This document shows positions 43,533 through 54,324 of a stretch of 64,000 bases of DNA, piece after piece (position 1 is the first letter of the stretch; the number at the start of each line of letters is the position of its first letter). This DNA comes from Naegleria gruberi (lineage: Eukaryota), in assembly GCA_000004985.1 (NCBI GenBank), contig GG738906.1. One strand, 5' to 3'. The notes beneath the pieces are model-generated. The model searched no databases, had not been told where the DNA came from, and worked only from the letters and a program-made list of their open reading frames with translations. A program made the translations under genes and the position numbers.

Positions 43533-44562
43533 AGAAGGAACAACTTATACTGTTCGAACAGTAGATAAGCATGAACGATCGTTAAACAGTAGTCATGATA
43601 ACGCAACTAGTATAACTCGAAGCTCAATTCCGCCCCAAACAACCGCCACCACACAACCACAAATTCACTCTTCAACAACAACATCACCAACAATTTCTCC
43701 AACCTTTGCAACCCTTTATCGAAGTGCCTCCTCATATCGTGCGCATGTTTCAGGCACACCTCAATACGTACAAACATCACCTGCCCAAGTGGTTAGGTCT
43801 TCATCATTTGATAGCCATTTGCCAATTTTCTCACACATTCCCTCCACCAATATCACACATGCAAACACTTTATCCTCTCCTTCTCTGTCACCTAATCATG
43901 CTTATTTTCTTAGCTCAACACCAACCCAATTTCTCTCCACTAGTATTCCAACAATTCAGTATTCATCATCACCAAATTATTGCCCCATTCCAAATACAAC
44001 CTTCTCTCATGTTCCTCTTTTTGTTTCTACACAGCCTGTGACTGTAGTTCCCTCAAATATTCAAAAACCAAACATTTCAAAGAAAAAGGTAAAGACACCT
44101 TCTTCCCCAGTGGCTTCATCTTCATCATCTTCCAGTCAATCATCGCAACATTTACAAATAGTAAGCCAGGAGCATCCTTCTGCTCAAGAAAGAAAACGAT
44201 CAATCTCACCAGCATTTGGAGAGCAAGTCAAGTTAACCCCCCCTGAAAAGAAAACAAAAACCATCGAAATTCCAAAGTCTACACAAGCTTTGAAAATTCC
44301 AAGAGCAGAAATAGCAGAAGCAAAACAACATTCTAAAGACTCACTAAAGGGGAAAAAAACCATTGTGGCTAGATTTCTTTGCCCAAACAATTGCGAAATT
44401 CAAGGCACCCCAATTGTTTCACTAGATTCCTCATCTCACAGTGTAATTATTCAAGGTGTCAGTTTAGTTTATAATCCTCCAGAGTTTGCTCAGTTGGATA
44501 AAACAGTGGTAGTGAAAGGAGAGAACGGATCTCTAGAAGTAAGATTGCCACTTTTAGAGTAG
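43525..44562 (+). CDS. Hypothetical Ser/Thr/Pro-rich protein (345 aa) with a conserved-looking C-terminal globular segment (...TIVARFLCPNNCEIQGTPIVSLDSSSHSVIIQGVSLVYNPPEFAQLDKTVVVKGENGSLEVRLPLLE).
   Basis: Long ORF; low-complexity N-terminal two-thirds. Family not identified. Confidence 0.5.
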   Translation: MDKEGTTYTVRTVDKHERSLNSSHDNATSITRSSIPPQTTATTQPQIHSSTTTSPTISPTFATLYRSASSYRAHVSGTPQYVQTSPAQVVRSSSFDSHLPIFSHIPSTNITHANTLSSPSLSPNHAYFLSSTPTQFLSTSIPTIQYSSSPNYCPIPNTTFSHVPLFVSTQPVTVVPSNIQKPNISKKKVKTPSSPVASSSSSSSQSSQHLQIVSQEHPSAQERKRSISPAFGEQVKLTPPEKKTKTIEIPKSTQALKIPRAEIAEAKQHSKDSLKGKKTIVARFLCPNNCEIQGTPIVSLDSSSHSVIIQGVSLVYNPPEFAQLDKTVVVKGENGSLEVRLPLLE

Positions 44563-44603
44563 AATGTTATAGAATAATAACATGAACCATTGTACAGTAA
44601 TAT

Positions 44604-46897
44604 TTATTGAGATAAAGATCCTCTTACAATTTCTACCAAAGATGTCAATAATTGGAAAACAACAGTAGTTTGAGGATTGATTAAAATCTTAAACAGAGCA
44701 TTTCTTAAATTTTGGCTATCAGCTTGCTCATTATCTGAGGCAATGTCATTAACATCAACTACCTTATTAATAAGTTCCATTTGTTGTGCTAGGAAAGAAG
44801 AAATTAGAGGATGAGATTTGATAGGTTCTTCCATTAATTTTGCCAATAAGTCTAATACCTTCTTTTCATTCTCATCAATGACTTGTTCATTCTTAATAAG
44901 TTCACCCTTTTCGTAGAGTTGAGAAAACTTTCTACCCTGTGCATCTGTGTAGTGAGTTTCCCCTTCAATTTGTCCGTCAACCCAATATCCCTCAAGAGAT
45001 TCTTTACTGTCCAAAAGAACAAATCTTCCTCTCCCATCAAATTTACCTCTTTTCCAATAACCAACATATGTGTATCCAGATGATGAAAAAGTTCCATAAC
45101 CATCAGAGAAATCACCAAGCCATTCACCTTCATAAACATCACCATTAGGATAGGATTGTTTGCCAAAACCTTCTCTCTTATCATTGTTCCATTCCCCATC
45201 ATAATGGGACTGATTTGCAGCAAATTTCATTTTACCCCTTCCAGATTTGATTGAATTTATAAAGTGGCCTTCGTAGACATCTCCTGAGGCATATTTATAA
45301 ATACCTTTACCTGTTATGGAATCTTTTGAGAATTCACCTTCGTATTTGGATCCATCTGTAAACACCATCTTACCTGCTCCATCTCTCATATCATCAATAA
45401 AATAGCCTTCATATACACCTCCATCGTTGTACATTAAAATACCAAAACCGTGCTTTTGTCCATTTGTGTTTGTGTCACCTTTATAAAATGGTTGGTTGCA
45501 ATCCATATTAAGATTATCACCAAGTCCACTACCAATCGAAATATTATGTGGTAATGTGGCTATATCAATTGAACTTTCAGATTCAACCGATGTTATGGAA
45601 GACAGATTATTCTCTACTTCTAAAACCATCTTAACAGACACTTGCCTTTTGTGATACACTCGGCTTAATGTAGCAGTATTATTAACAACAGTAGGGGTTG
45701 TACTGGCACCAATACTATTCAAATCTTCATCCTCAGTTTGATCATTGCATGTTTGAGAGGTTGCTGTATTTTCATCATTTGTCTGAATGTCTGAAACACC
45801 ATCCTCAAATATTTGAGGAGCATTGACTATTAATGACTTGATGACGTTGGTTGCATTGGAAATATCTCTAATAGTTAGCATGGGATCTTGATCTTTCAGA
45901 TATAATATATTAGGTTGAATTACAATAGCAATATTTTCAGGACTCATTAAATTCTAAAATTCAAACAAATTGAAATAACAATAAATAAAATATTAACAAA
46001 CATTAATAATAAAATAAAAATTAGTTCAATATTTTTGAAATTATTACATACCACTTGTTGTTTTTTCGAAACAGTATTTAAAAATAGGCAAAGTTTTTTT
46101 AGCAGTACATAATTTGCTCTGGGCAAAAGACCACAAATTTGTTGTAATAATTGACATTTACGACTAGTTTCCAATTCCTCAAGTTCTGAAGGTGATAAAT
46201 TATTTGTATCATTATTTGATATTGAAGTGGTATTAATCATTTTTGAAGTTGCAAGAAATGATTCGTATAGTTTGTTTGTTAATAGTGGTTCTCTCAGTTT
46301 CCTCAAATAAACCTTAATGAGAGAGGCTGCTAAATGTACATCTGCATATTCATTAAAATCAACTGTAGCCATTTTAGCTCCACCACTTTTAAATAATTCA
46401 TCAATTTCTTTCATTACCTTTTCTTCTCTACTCTTCGATGTAGAATGTCTGAAAATACCTTGAGTTTCCAAGCCATGTTTCTCCAAATAGTCCATGGCAT
46501 GAAATAGGAATTGGGGAATGTGTTCAGGTGAATTGGAAGGAAATTCATGGCCCCAAATGGTATCCTGATTCAAAATTTTAGAAAGTCCACCATTGATACC
46601 AGTACTACTACTACCCTTTGAATTTTCACCACCATTCAATATTTGTGATGATGAGGATGTTGAAGAGGAACGAGTGGAATTCTTTTTTCTTTTACTTCTT
46701 GTGGTGGTGGTGGAACCGTTATTATTACTACTACATGAGGATTCATCATCATCATGTTGCTGCTGTTGCTTGTCATGTTCATTAATCATTCCTTGTAACT
46801 GATCGTAGAGTGCAGTGGATTTTTGACCGTCAGTGTTTTTGAAGAGTGCCACAGATGCTCTGGGCTCTAATTTGATACGGGAAAATAGTCTTCTCAT
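44604..46897 (-). CDS. RhoGAP-domain protein fused to C-terminal MORN repeats (about 730 aa). Exons 46052..46897 and 44604..45953; 98-nt intron 45954..46051 (GTATGT...TTTTAG).
   Basis: ORF 45947..46897 carries a RhoGAP domain (…GIFRHSTSKSREEKVMKEIDE…, LLPRANYVLLKKLCLFLNTVSKK) and ends in intron read-through. A GTATGT donor follows KQQV. The acceptor ttttag|AATTTAATG continues as NLMSPENIAIVIQPNIL (RhoGAP motif N.M...NLA.VFGP.LL) into ORF 44604..45947, which holds at least 7 MORN repeats (YEGYFIDDMRDGAGKMVFTDGSKYEGEF...). Confidence 0.7.
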
Positions 46898-47397
46898 AAT
46901 TGTTGAATTAAAGTGTTGATGATAAAGGTGAATTTTGTGGTTTCAAAAAATGTCAAGAGCTGTCACACACCAACAATTTTTGACAACACGGTTTTATGGT
47001 GTGGTAATGGTGCCCTTTTTTTTTTAATTGTTTTAATTTCCTCAAAACGACATTAGACGGATTTGAAAAGAATTAACGACATGAGAAATTTAAGGTAACG
47101 AAGAATAAATTTATTAACTTGTCACATATTACCTGAATGGTATTGTAATTGATGGTTGTGAGTTAAATAGTAGTAAAAACTCATTGTTACCATTTAATTC
47201 TCAAGTGCCAATCTAACATAAGTATCATATCTCTTAGATCTAATGGACTCATTTCTGTTCAATTGATCTCTTAAGAGATCGAGAATTAAAAAAAGAATAT
47301 CCATCCTTGCCTCACAGGGGTTGTCAGACGATTGGTGTTTTTCTTGTTGTTTGGTGTGTCTAATGAGGAGAGATAGACCTGAATATTGTTGAGTGAA

Positions 47398-48410
47398 TTA
47401 ATTTAGTCTAACTAATAACTTACAGTCATTCAAAATACTTTCAAGATCACATCTATTGCTTATTAAAGCTATAAGGAATTTGAGAAATGATTTACAAGTG
47501 TTAAGATCGGGAAAATGTTGTTTTGCATGCTTTCTCTTTTTCAATGGAGGTTGGATTTGAGCTTGATTGTTATTTTGAATGAAAATTGTTACAGACCTCC
47601 ACAATAACTGCTTTTTCAATGTTTGAACAGTTTCGATCAATGATGAGTACACTAAGTTTTCCTCCGATATTGCATCGAAAATTGTTTCAATGAGTGTTTC
47701 TAATCTTCTTCTTGAAATAGGAGAGAAAATTGTTTCAGCTGTAAATCTGGCCTCAATACACAAGGCTAAATATTCTAATTTGATTTGAGAAGTTTTACAA
47801 TTTTCAACAATACTTGTTACAATTTTCAATATACTAGAATCAGCTTGTTCCATTATTTCCTCTGATGATTTAAAGTATGAATCAAATACAAGTCTCATCA
47901 CAAAATCCTTATCAAAATCAGGATTAATGAAATTTTCCAAAACCAACTCTGATAACAATTTAATGTCGAATTGAGGAAAATAGAAAGGAAGATTTAAAAT
48001 ATGTACAAGAAGAGTACATGTAATCTTTCCCATATTTTCAAATAATACAACATGATCATATCTGCAATAAAATCGAATTAGGTTCTCTATTGTAAAATAA
48101 ATAAATACCTAAATTCTTGAGGAGGATGTCTAGTAATTTCAACAAGATACATCAAAATTTTGATTATATAATCATTGATATTCAAGTCTTTTCTGTTCGA
48201 ATAGTTGCACAACATTTCAAATACAGCCTCATCTTGTATTCCTTTCAATAAGAAAGTGATAATTTCCTCCAAAGAATCATAATTAATGTTTCCATTTTCA
48301 ATCATATCTTTTAATATTGAATGTATTGTTTTAAAACATTGATTCATTTCAGTGAACTTATTTGCATCCCTAGCTTGTAAAATTTCCAAAGCCTTTTTGA
48401 TTGACTCCAT
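47398..48410 (-). CDS. Hypothetical alpha-helical protein (about 329 aa). Exons 48109..48410 and 47398..48061; 47-nt intron 48062..48108 (GTATTT...TTGCAG).
   Basis: ORF 48087..48410 ends ...HPPQEF then the donor AG|GTATTT (phase 2). The acceptor restores the frame of ORF 47398..48033 (R-YDHVVLFENMGKITCTLL...). Confidence 0.55.
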
Positions 48411-48447
48411 CTTGTTTAATAATTAATATTTTTTTTTGTTTTAAAAA

Positions 48448-49416
48448 ATGTCAGCAACAAGAGAAACTAGCAACATCACACAACAAGCATCATCAGCTAA
48501 TAATAGTAGTAGTAGTAAGGAGGGTGTTGTTAAATATCCAAACAAGTACACTACGGATCCAATTAATTTAAATGATTTTTATTCGTCATTACATTTCTCG
48601 GAGGAAACATTAACACAAGAACAAAGAGACATTTATAAGGAGATGGAAATTTTTGACTATTGCAATCAACAAGCAATTAAAATTGTTGGAGATCCAAAGG
48701 TTGGTCAAGCACATTATATTGAAAGATTATGCTCTATGAAATACTTGAAAGGTTCTTCTTGCTTGGATAAATACGTCTCTTTTAATGCCGAAGAAACACC
48801 AGGAAGACTAAACTCATCAACAAAGGATTACGCCCAATTTTATTATAATTTAATGCACTGTCAGGAACGAGATGAAGATTCAAGTGCCAAGTATAAAGTA
48901 TTATTAGAAGAAAGAGAAGATTTCTCAAATGTCAAATCGCACCAATTGAAAGATGTATTTCCAATTATTCATGATAATTTACTTTTGAAAAATAGTGATT
49001 CCTTAAAGGAAATTTTTTCTAAAATTGATCCTAATAGCGAAGATCGTTCAAAACAACTTTTTGAACATTTAACCAATAGAACTGCATTGCCTCAATATGA
49101 AAATTTGAGGAAATGTGCCAAGGAACGATATGTTAAATCTGTTCATGACGATGATACTTTTGGATTAAACCAAAATAATGTCAACGAACTAGCTCATAAG
49201 TGTTTTGTTCCTTATTTTGAATTTTTCACAAGGATTGGAACTGTCCTTTGTAGAAGGCAAATTGAAAACTGCTTGGCTCTTGGTTTGAAGAAACAACGTA
49301 CAACTGTTCCAGAGGCCAATGTTTTCTACCTTAACACATGCTTTTCAGATGATTCACTCGTGGCTGATTGTATGAAATATACAGAGAAGTATTTTATTGA
49401 TAAGTTAGAAGAATAA
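48448..49416 (+). CDS. Hypothetical protein, 322 aa, single exon. Its ATG is only 37 nt from the divergent ATG of the preceding gene.
   Basis: Long ORF with typical codon usage; no motif recognised. Confidence 0.5.
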   Translation: MSATRETSNITQQASSANNSSSSKEGVVKYPNKYTTDPINLNDFYSSLHFSEETLTQEQRDIYKEMEIFDYCNQQAIKIVGDPKVGQAHYIERLCSMKYLKGSSCLDKYVSFNAEETPGRLNSSTKDYAQFYYNLMHCQERDEDSSAKYKVLLEEREDFSNVKSHQLKDVFPIIHDNLLLKNSDSLKEIFSKIDPNSEDRSKQLFEHLTNRTALPQYENLRKCAKERYVKSVHDDDTFGLNQNNVNELAHKCFVPYFEFFTRIGTVLCRRQIENCLALGLKKQRTTVPEANVFYLNTCFSDDSLVADCMKYTEKYFIDKLEE

Positions 49417-49594
49417 ATACTTGTCGATTCATAATATCATTGATACAGTTGTTATTTTCAAAGTTTGGTTTAATATAATCATTTATGGCAAGAATTTCAA
49501 AATATGATCTATTTGTGTCTAATGGAATGAACGTGACTTGCATGAGTTCTCTAATTCAAGCAAAAATATTTTTGTTTCAATTAAAAAGGCTCTA

Positions 49595-50821
49595 TTAAGT
49601 TTTCTTATATTTTAGCCAAGTTAAAGCTGCAACAAGAATCAGACAACCAGCCATCCACATTTTTTGCTTTTCCTTCTCATATTCAAAATAGTGTATTGTA
49701 TGTTGAATAATTTCTAAATATTCCCACAAGTGATATTGATTTCGAATTGGAAATTTTGTTGACCTTATTTCTATCTTGGCTGGATTTTCATTGTAAAGTA
49801 TTGATTCATCTTTCTTCCAATCTAATAAACAAGCACTTGTATGATAATCATATGGATTCAACTCTATCAAAATTAAATCATCCTGGTTCAACATGACATC
49901 AAATATATATGACTCGTAATACTTGGACAGTATTGATACTTTTTCATTAAAAAAATTTACAATTTTTCTTGAAGATAATTCAATGTCAATATCTTGATGG
50001 AATACATGCTGATCATATTGAGAAATTGCAACTAATTTACCTTTAAAAACAAAGCATCTGAACTCATTTTTGAAATCAACATTTTCACACCATTCTCTCA
50101 ATATGATATGAGAATGGGAATAAGTGGGATCCTTGTGATAGTAATTATTTGTCAAAATCCATTCAAAACCTCTCCTAATATGCAAATTGTTTAAAAGTTA
50201 AAAAATAAGTAAATACCTTATTCTCTTACTCAGCAAAATTAAAATCACTCCATACATTAGATTATTTTCTGATATTCTCATTAAATTAGTATATGACTTT
50301 CTTATTATTTTAAATATTTCATTTTGATTATTGTAAAATTGATCCAGCTCATTTTCAGTGTGGGAATGTTTTTGAAAATTGTTAAGAAAATTGATGTATT
50401 CCTCAATCGTTGATAATTGATTTCCCAATGTGTTTACCATATAATCTCTATTCCTTCCTAAATTGAAACTCTCAATACTGTCTTTTGGTGAATTTGATGA
50501 TGTTCTCAAAAATACTCCACTACTAGATGGATGTGTTGAAAAATAATTTTCCAATTCTTGTAGTATGTATTTAACAGTTGATATGCAACAAGTGAATAAA
50601 TCTTTTAGATCATCAAAAGAATCCATTTTTATGCTAATCCTCCTTTTAAATTCACTCATGGTTTTTTTATCTGTCATAAATTCGTATAATTGTGTAATTT
50701 GGTCAATTGTTAACGGAATAAAAAAAGTAGGAAATGTAACGTTGGAACAATGTTGATACCAACATTCCACATCATAGGATTTCCAAAATTTAATTTCTTC
50801 GGCTGAACGGCATTGAATCAT
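49595..50821 (-). CDS. CDC123: CDC123 (cell division cycle protein 123 / D123 family, eIF2 assembly factor). Exons 50217..50821 and 49595..50174 with a 42-nt intron (50175..50216, GTATTT...ATATTAG). An alternative junction uses a GTAAGA donor at 50229 with a 60-nt intron.
   Basis: D123 family blocks: VFLRTSSNSPKDS, REW..., EFRCFVFKGKLVAISQYD, ILIELNPYDYHTSACLLDWKKD. The two ORFs 50198..50821 and 49595..50185 join in frame by either junction, giving ...LLSKRIR|RGFEWIL or ...ILLLS|FEWIL. Confidence 0.7.
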
Positions 50822-50846
50822 TTTTTTAAAAAAGAAAATATTTTAT

Positions 50847-52415
50847 TTAAAACGTTTCATCATCAGATGAATCAAGCAAATCATCAAGATTAGGTAAAAT
50901 GCTATTCCCTCCTTGTTCTTGTACAAGTGTTGAAATGAAGGTTTGTAAAATATCTCTAAAGATGTGTTCGTTTTCAGGACTTACAACAAGCTGATTCATG
51001 GCCATTCCTAGACCCATATTTTCATTCTCATTGTTGAGACTGTTGGAGTGGTATAAATTTAGAATTTGATCACCATGTTGTCTCATTACTCTCTCTAAAA
51101 TACTCCTTTCAAAGCTATCATCTATTTCAGTATCCATTTTAATATTGACCTTTTGTGTTGATGTTTCCCAGAAGAATAATCTTGAACTTTCAATAGAGTT
51201 GGTAAGTAATCTGTTGTCATTAATGTTGAGAATTAAATGTACAACACCTTCATGGCCATTCAATGTGCGGAGAAGTTTTCCAGAATCCTTTTCATAAATG
51301 TAAACCTTATTATCCTCACTTCCTGTCAGTACATATTTTTCATTATCAAAGAAACAGCTACTGACATTATAACTCTTACATTTGTGATCTTGATACTTTT
51401 GAATAACACTAGAGTCCAAATTACTAATTTGATCAGATGTACCTGTAGGTAATTTTCTAACATCGAACAACCGTATTACACTATCTCTACCACTAGAAAG
51501 AAGGTGATGGTCATCTTTGGTAATTTGTAATTGATTCATTTTTCCTTCATGAGCTTTGATTTTGAAAATTGGTTTGACAGTATTGGAACCTGTATTAGAG
51601 TTGAAAACTAAATTTCTAGAGTCGTACAGTCTAATATATCCATCACGAGATCCTGTATAGAACATGCTAGGTGAATGATTTGTACAAAGTATGGAATTAA
51701 TAGTATTTAATCCACCTAGAATATTTTGAGGGTCATTTTGAATTTGGAACAAAATTTGGTGTTCCTTATTAATATCATATCCGAATATTCTACCTGAAAT
51801 ACAACCAGAAAGAAGAGTCGAATTATCACAAGATGTATCCAAACACCGAATCCAATCTTTGTGATCCTTTAGTGTTTGAATATTATTTTCTCCGTGCCAA
51901 ACTTTGATTGTTTTGTCCAAAGATGATGTGTAGAAAAATTCGTCATCAATTGCATGACTAGTTGATGTTTTTCTATTATCATTTTCAAGTCTATGCTTGT
52001 TGTTATCCATAAAATGTATTTGAGTGACAATTTCTCTGTGTTGTGTTTTAAATTGTTTAGTTTTTTGTCCATCTTCATTCAATAAAAGAAGTTCTGATTT
52101 TCCATTCGCAACTGCAATAACATTCTTTCTTTCATTCATAGAGACAGAGAAACAACAATCCTCTCCTCCTCCATTACCATTTCCCTTTCCGATTGTAGCA
52201 ACTTGTGCTGTTTCTAGTTTATCTATTAAAGCAACCTTTTTAATACGTTCTCTCATAGATTGTTGAACGCTATTTGTTGATCCACGATTTCTTGAAGAAC
52301 TTGAGAGGAATGCTCTATTGTTTACATATTTAAATAAACTTTTTCTTGTCTCTTCAAAATATTTGTCATCATGTGCCATCATTTTTTTAATAATAATTAA
52401 ATTTGATTGGTACAA
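50847..52415 (-). CDS. WD40-repeat protein, 522 aa, single exon. Its stop is 25 nt upstream of the CDC123 start on the same strand.
   Basis: Multiple WD-like repeats (...SSLDKTIKVWH, ...GSRDGYIRLYD, ...SGRDSVIRLFDVR, ...GSEDNKVYIYE) and an acidic C-terminus (DDLLDSSDDETF). Subfamily (DCAF-like?) not determined. Confidence 0.7.
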   Translation of the reverse strand: MYQSNLIIIKKMMAHDDKYFEETRKSLFKYVNNRAFLSSSSRNRGSTNSVQQSMRERIKKVALIDKLETAQVATIGKGNGNGGGEDCCFSVSMNERKNVIAVANGKSELLLLNEDGQKTKQFKTQHREIVTQIHFMDNNKHRLENDNRKTSTSHAIDDEFFYTSSLDKTIKVWHGENNIQTLKDHKDWIRCLDTSCDNSTLLSGCISGRIFGYDINKEHQILFQIQNDPQNILGGLNTINSILCTNHSPSMFYTGSRDGYIRLYDSRNLVFNSNTGSNTVKPIFKIKAHEGKMNQLQITKDDHHLLSSGRDSVIRLFDVRKLPTGTSDQISNLDSSVIQKYQDHKCKSYNVSSCFFDNEKYVLTGSEDNKVYIYEKDSGKLLRTLNGHEGVVHLILNINDNRLLTNSIESSRLFFWETSTQKVNIKMDTEIDDSFERSILERVMRQHGDQILNLYHSNSLNNENENMGLGMAMNQLVVSPENEHIFRDILQTFISTLVQEQGGNSILPNLDDLLDSSDDETF

Positions 52416-52640
52416 ATTATTGATAGTTAATATTATATTAATATTACACTATTGTTATCAATCACATAAAATTCTATTGAAACAATACTAGTCAATAAAC
52501 AAATACAATTATTAAAAATTAAAGCATCCGCCATGTCGCCGATAATAAATAATAGACCTTCCTTTCCTATCACAAATAAATAGAAGAAATGTGAAGCAGG
52601 AGATCCATTCAACAACACATTTCAAAAAAAATCAAATATC

Positions 52641-54302
52641 ATGGTCCTTCTTAAAAACGTAAAGAATTTTACCAAACATTACGATATTATTGTAATTGGT
52701 GCTGGTGCTGGTCTTGGTAAATTGGGTCGTCCAGCAACAGAATACGGTTATTCTGTTGCCTTGTGCGAGAATGATAAATTGGGAGGAACTTGTTTGAACA
52801 GAGGATGTATTCCAAGTGTATGTTTTTCAAAATTATTCTTTTTGATCCGATCCAATTTTAATGGAAATATAGAAAATGTTGATCCATCCAGCAGAAGTTG
52901 CAAACAATATTGAAGAAGCACATCGTTTTGAAATTGACGTAAAAAAGAAGGAAAATTCTGATGATTTAGATTATGACATTAGATTTTCAGAAATGGTTTC
53001 AAGAGTTTGTAAGACTATTGATGAAGAAAGTGATTCAATCATTCCAAGAGTTGAAGCTAATCAAAAATTAGATTGGTTTGTTGGACAAACTGGTAGATTT
53101 GTTGGAGAAAGAACTGTTCAAGTTGGAAGTCCAGAAGACAATGTTGTCATTACAGGTAAGATATTAATGTCTATAGTGGATTCTAATAATTAAATAGCTG
53201 ATAGAGTTTTTGTAGCTTGTGGAGCAAGAGCATTAGACTTGTCAAAGGAAATTGAAGGATTGGACAAGACCCCATACATGACATATAGAGAGGCTTTGAG
53301 AAATCAAAAGCGATTCAAATCATTGATTGTTATTGGAGCTGGTTATATTGCTACCGAACTTGCACATTTCTTTGCAAGTACTGGAACAAAGACTAATATT
53401 TTTGTAAGAAGTGGATTCTTAAAACACGAGGATGAAGAAGTTCAAAAAGAATTTGACCGAGTCTTTTCTAAAAAGAAGAATATTAATGTAATTAAGGGAA
53501 TGAAAATTTTGAAGGCACGATATGAAAATGACGAATTTGTTTTAACTTATTCCAATCCAAGTGATGAATCATCTGGTACTATTGAAGTAAGAGCCGAAGG
53601 TTTATTGGTTGCTGCTGGTGTTGTTCCAAACACTGACATTTTACAATGTGACAAGGCTGGTATTCAAACAAGTAAGGATGGATTCATTATTGTAGACAAA
53701 TTCTTAAAGTCTGTAAACGCACCTAATGTTTGGGCATTTGGTGATGTTGCTGGTAATTATCTTTTCAGACACAATGCCAATTTTGAATCTGAATATCTCA
53801 TGGAAACAGTAATTTCAAAGATGAGTGAGCCTTATCCAATTGACCATACAGGAATGCGTAAGTATCACACTTTATGTTAGACAATTACTAATCCATTACT
53901 ATAGCTCATGCTGTCTTTTCTCAACCACAAATTGCTGGTGTTGGTTTGACTGAGCAAGAATGTAGAAAACAAGGATTGAAATATGTTTCTGTTAAGAATA
54001 ATTACTCAGCTTCAGCTATGGGTATGGCTCTGTTATCGCAAGAAGGTTTTGTAAAGATCATTGTTGAAAGAGAAACTAGAAAGATTTTAGGTTGTCACAT
54101 AGTGGGGCATGAAGCCTCTACTCTCATCCACCAAGTCATTGTTCTTTTCAGACTTCCTGGAGGACCAAAGTTGGACGATTTATTGAACTGTATCTATATT
54201 CACCCAGCTTTATCTGAAATTGTAAGAAATGCTGCCAGAAAGGCTAAGCAAGCTCTTATCGATGCCGGTGAAACTGTGCCAGCAAGCCTCTATTTCAGAT
54301 AA
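52641..54302 (+). CDS. FAD/NAD(P)-dependent class-I pyridine nucleotide-disulfide oxidoreductase (glutathione reductase / dihydrolipoamide dehydrogenase family), 500 aa. Exons 52641..52817, 52873..53155, 53216..53857 and 53905..54302. Introns 55 nt (GTATGT...AAATATAG), 60 nt (GTAAGA...TTTGTAG), 47 nt (GTAAGT...ACTATAG).
   Basis: FAD motif DIIVIGAGAGLG. The redox-active disulfide GGTCLNRGCIPS|KML is split from its downstream part by the first intron. ATG-RP-like ...VVIT|ACGARA. NAD(P) motif LIVIGAGYIATELA. FGDVAG. C-terminal dimer-interface His-Pro motif ...YIHPALSEIV. The exon sum is 1500 nt, and all three junction phases are consistent. Confidence 0.8.
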
Positions 54303-54324
54303 ATTAAAGTAAAAAATAACCCTT

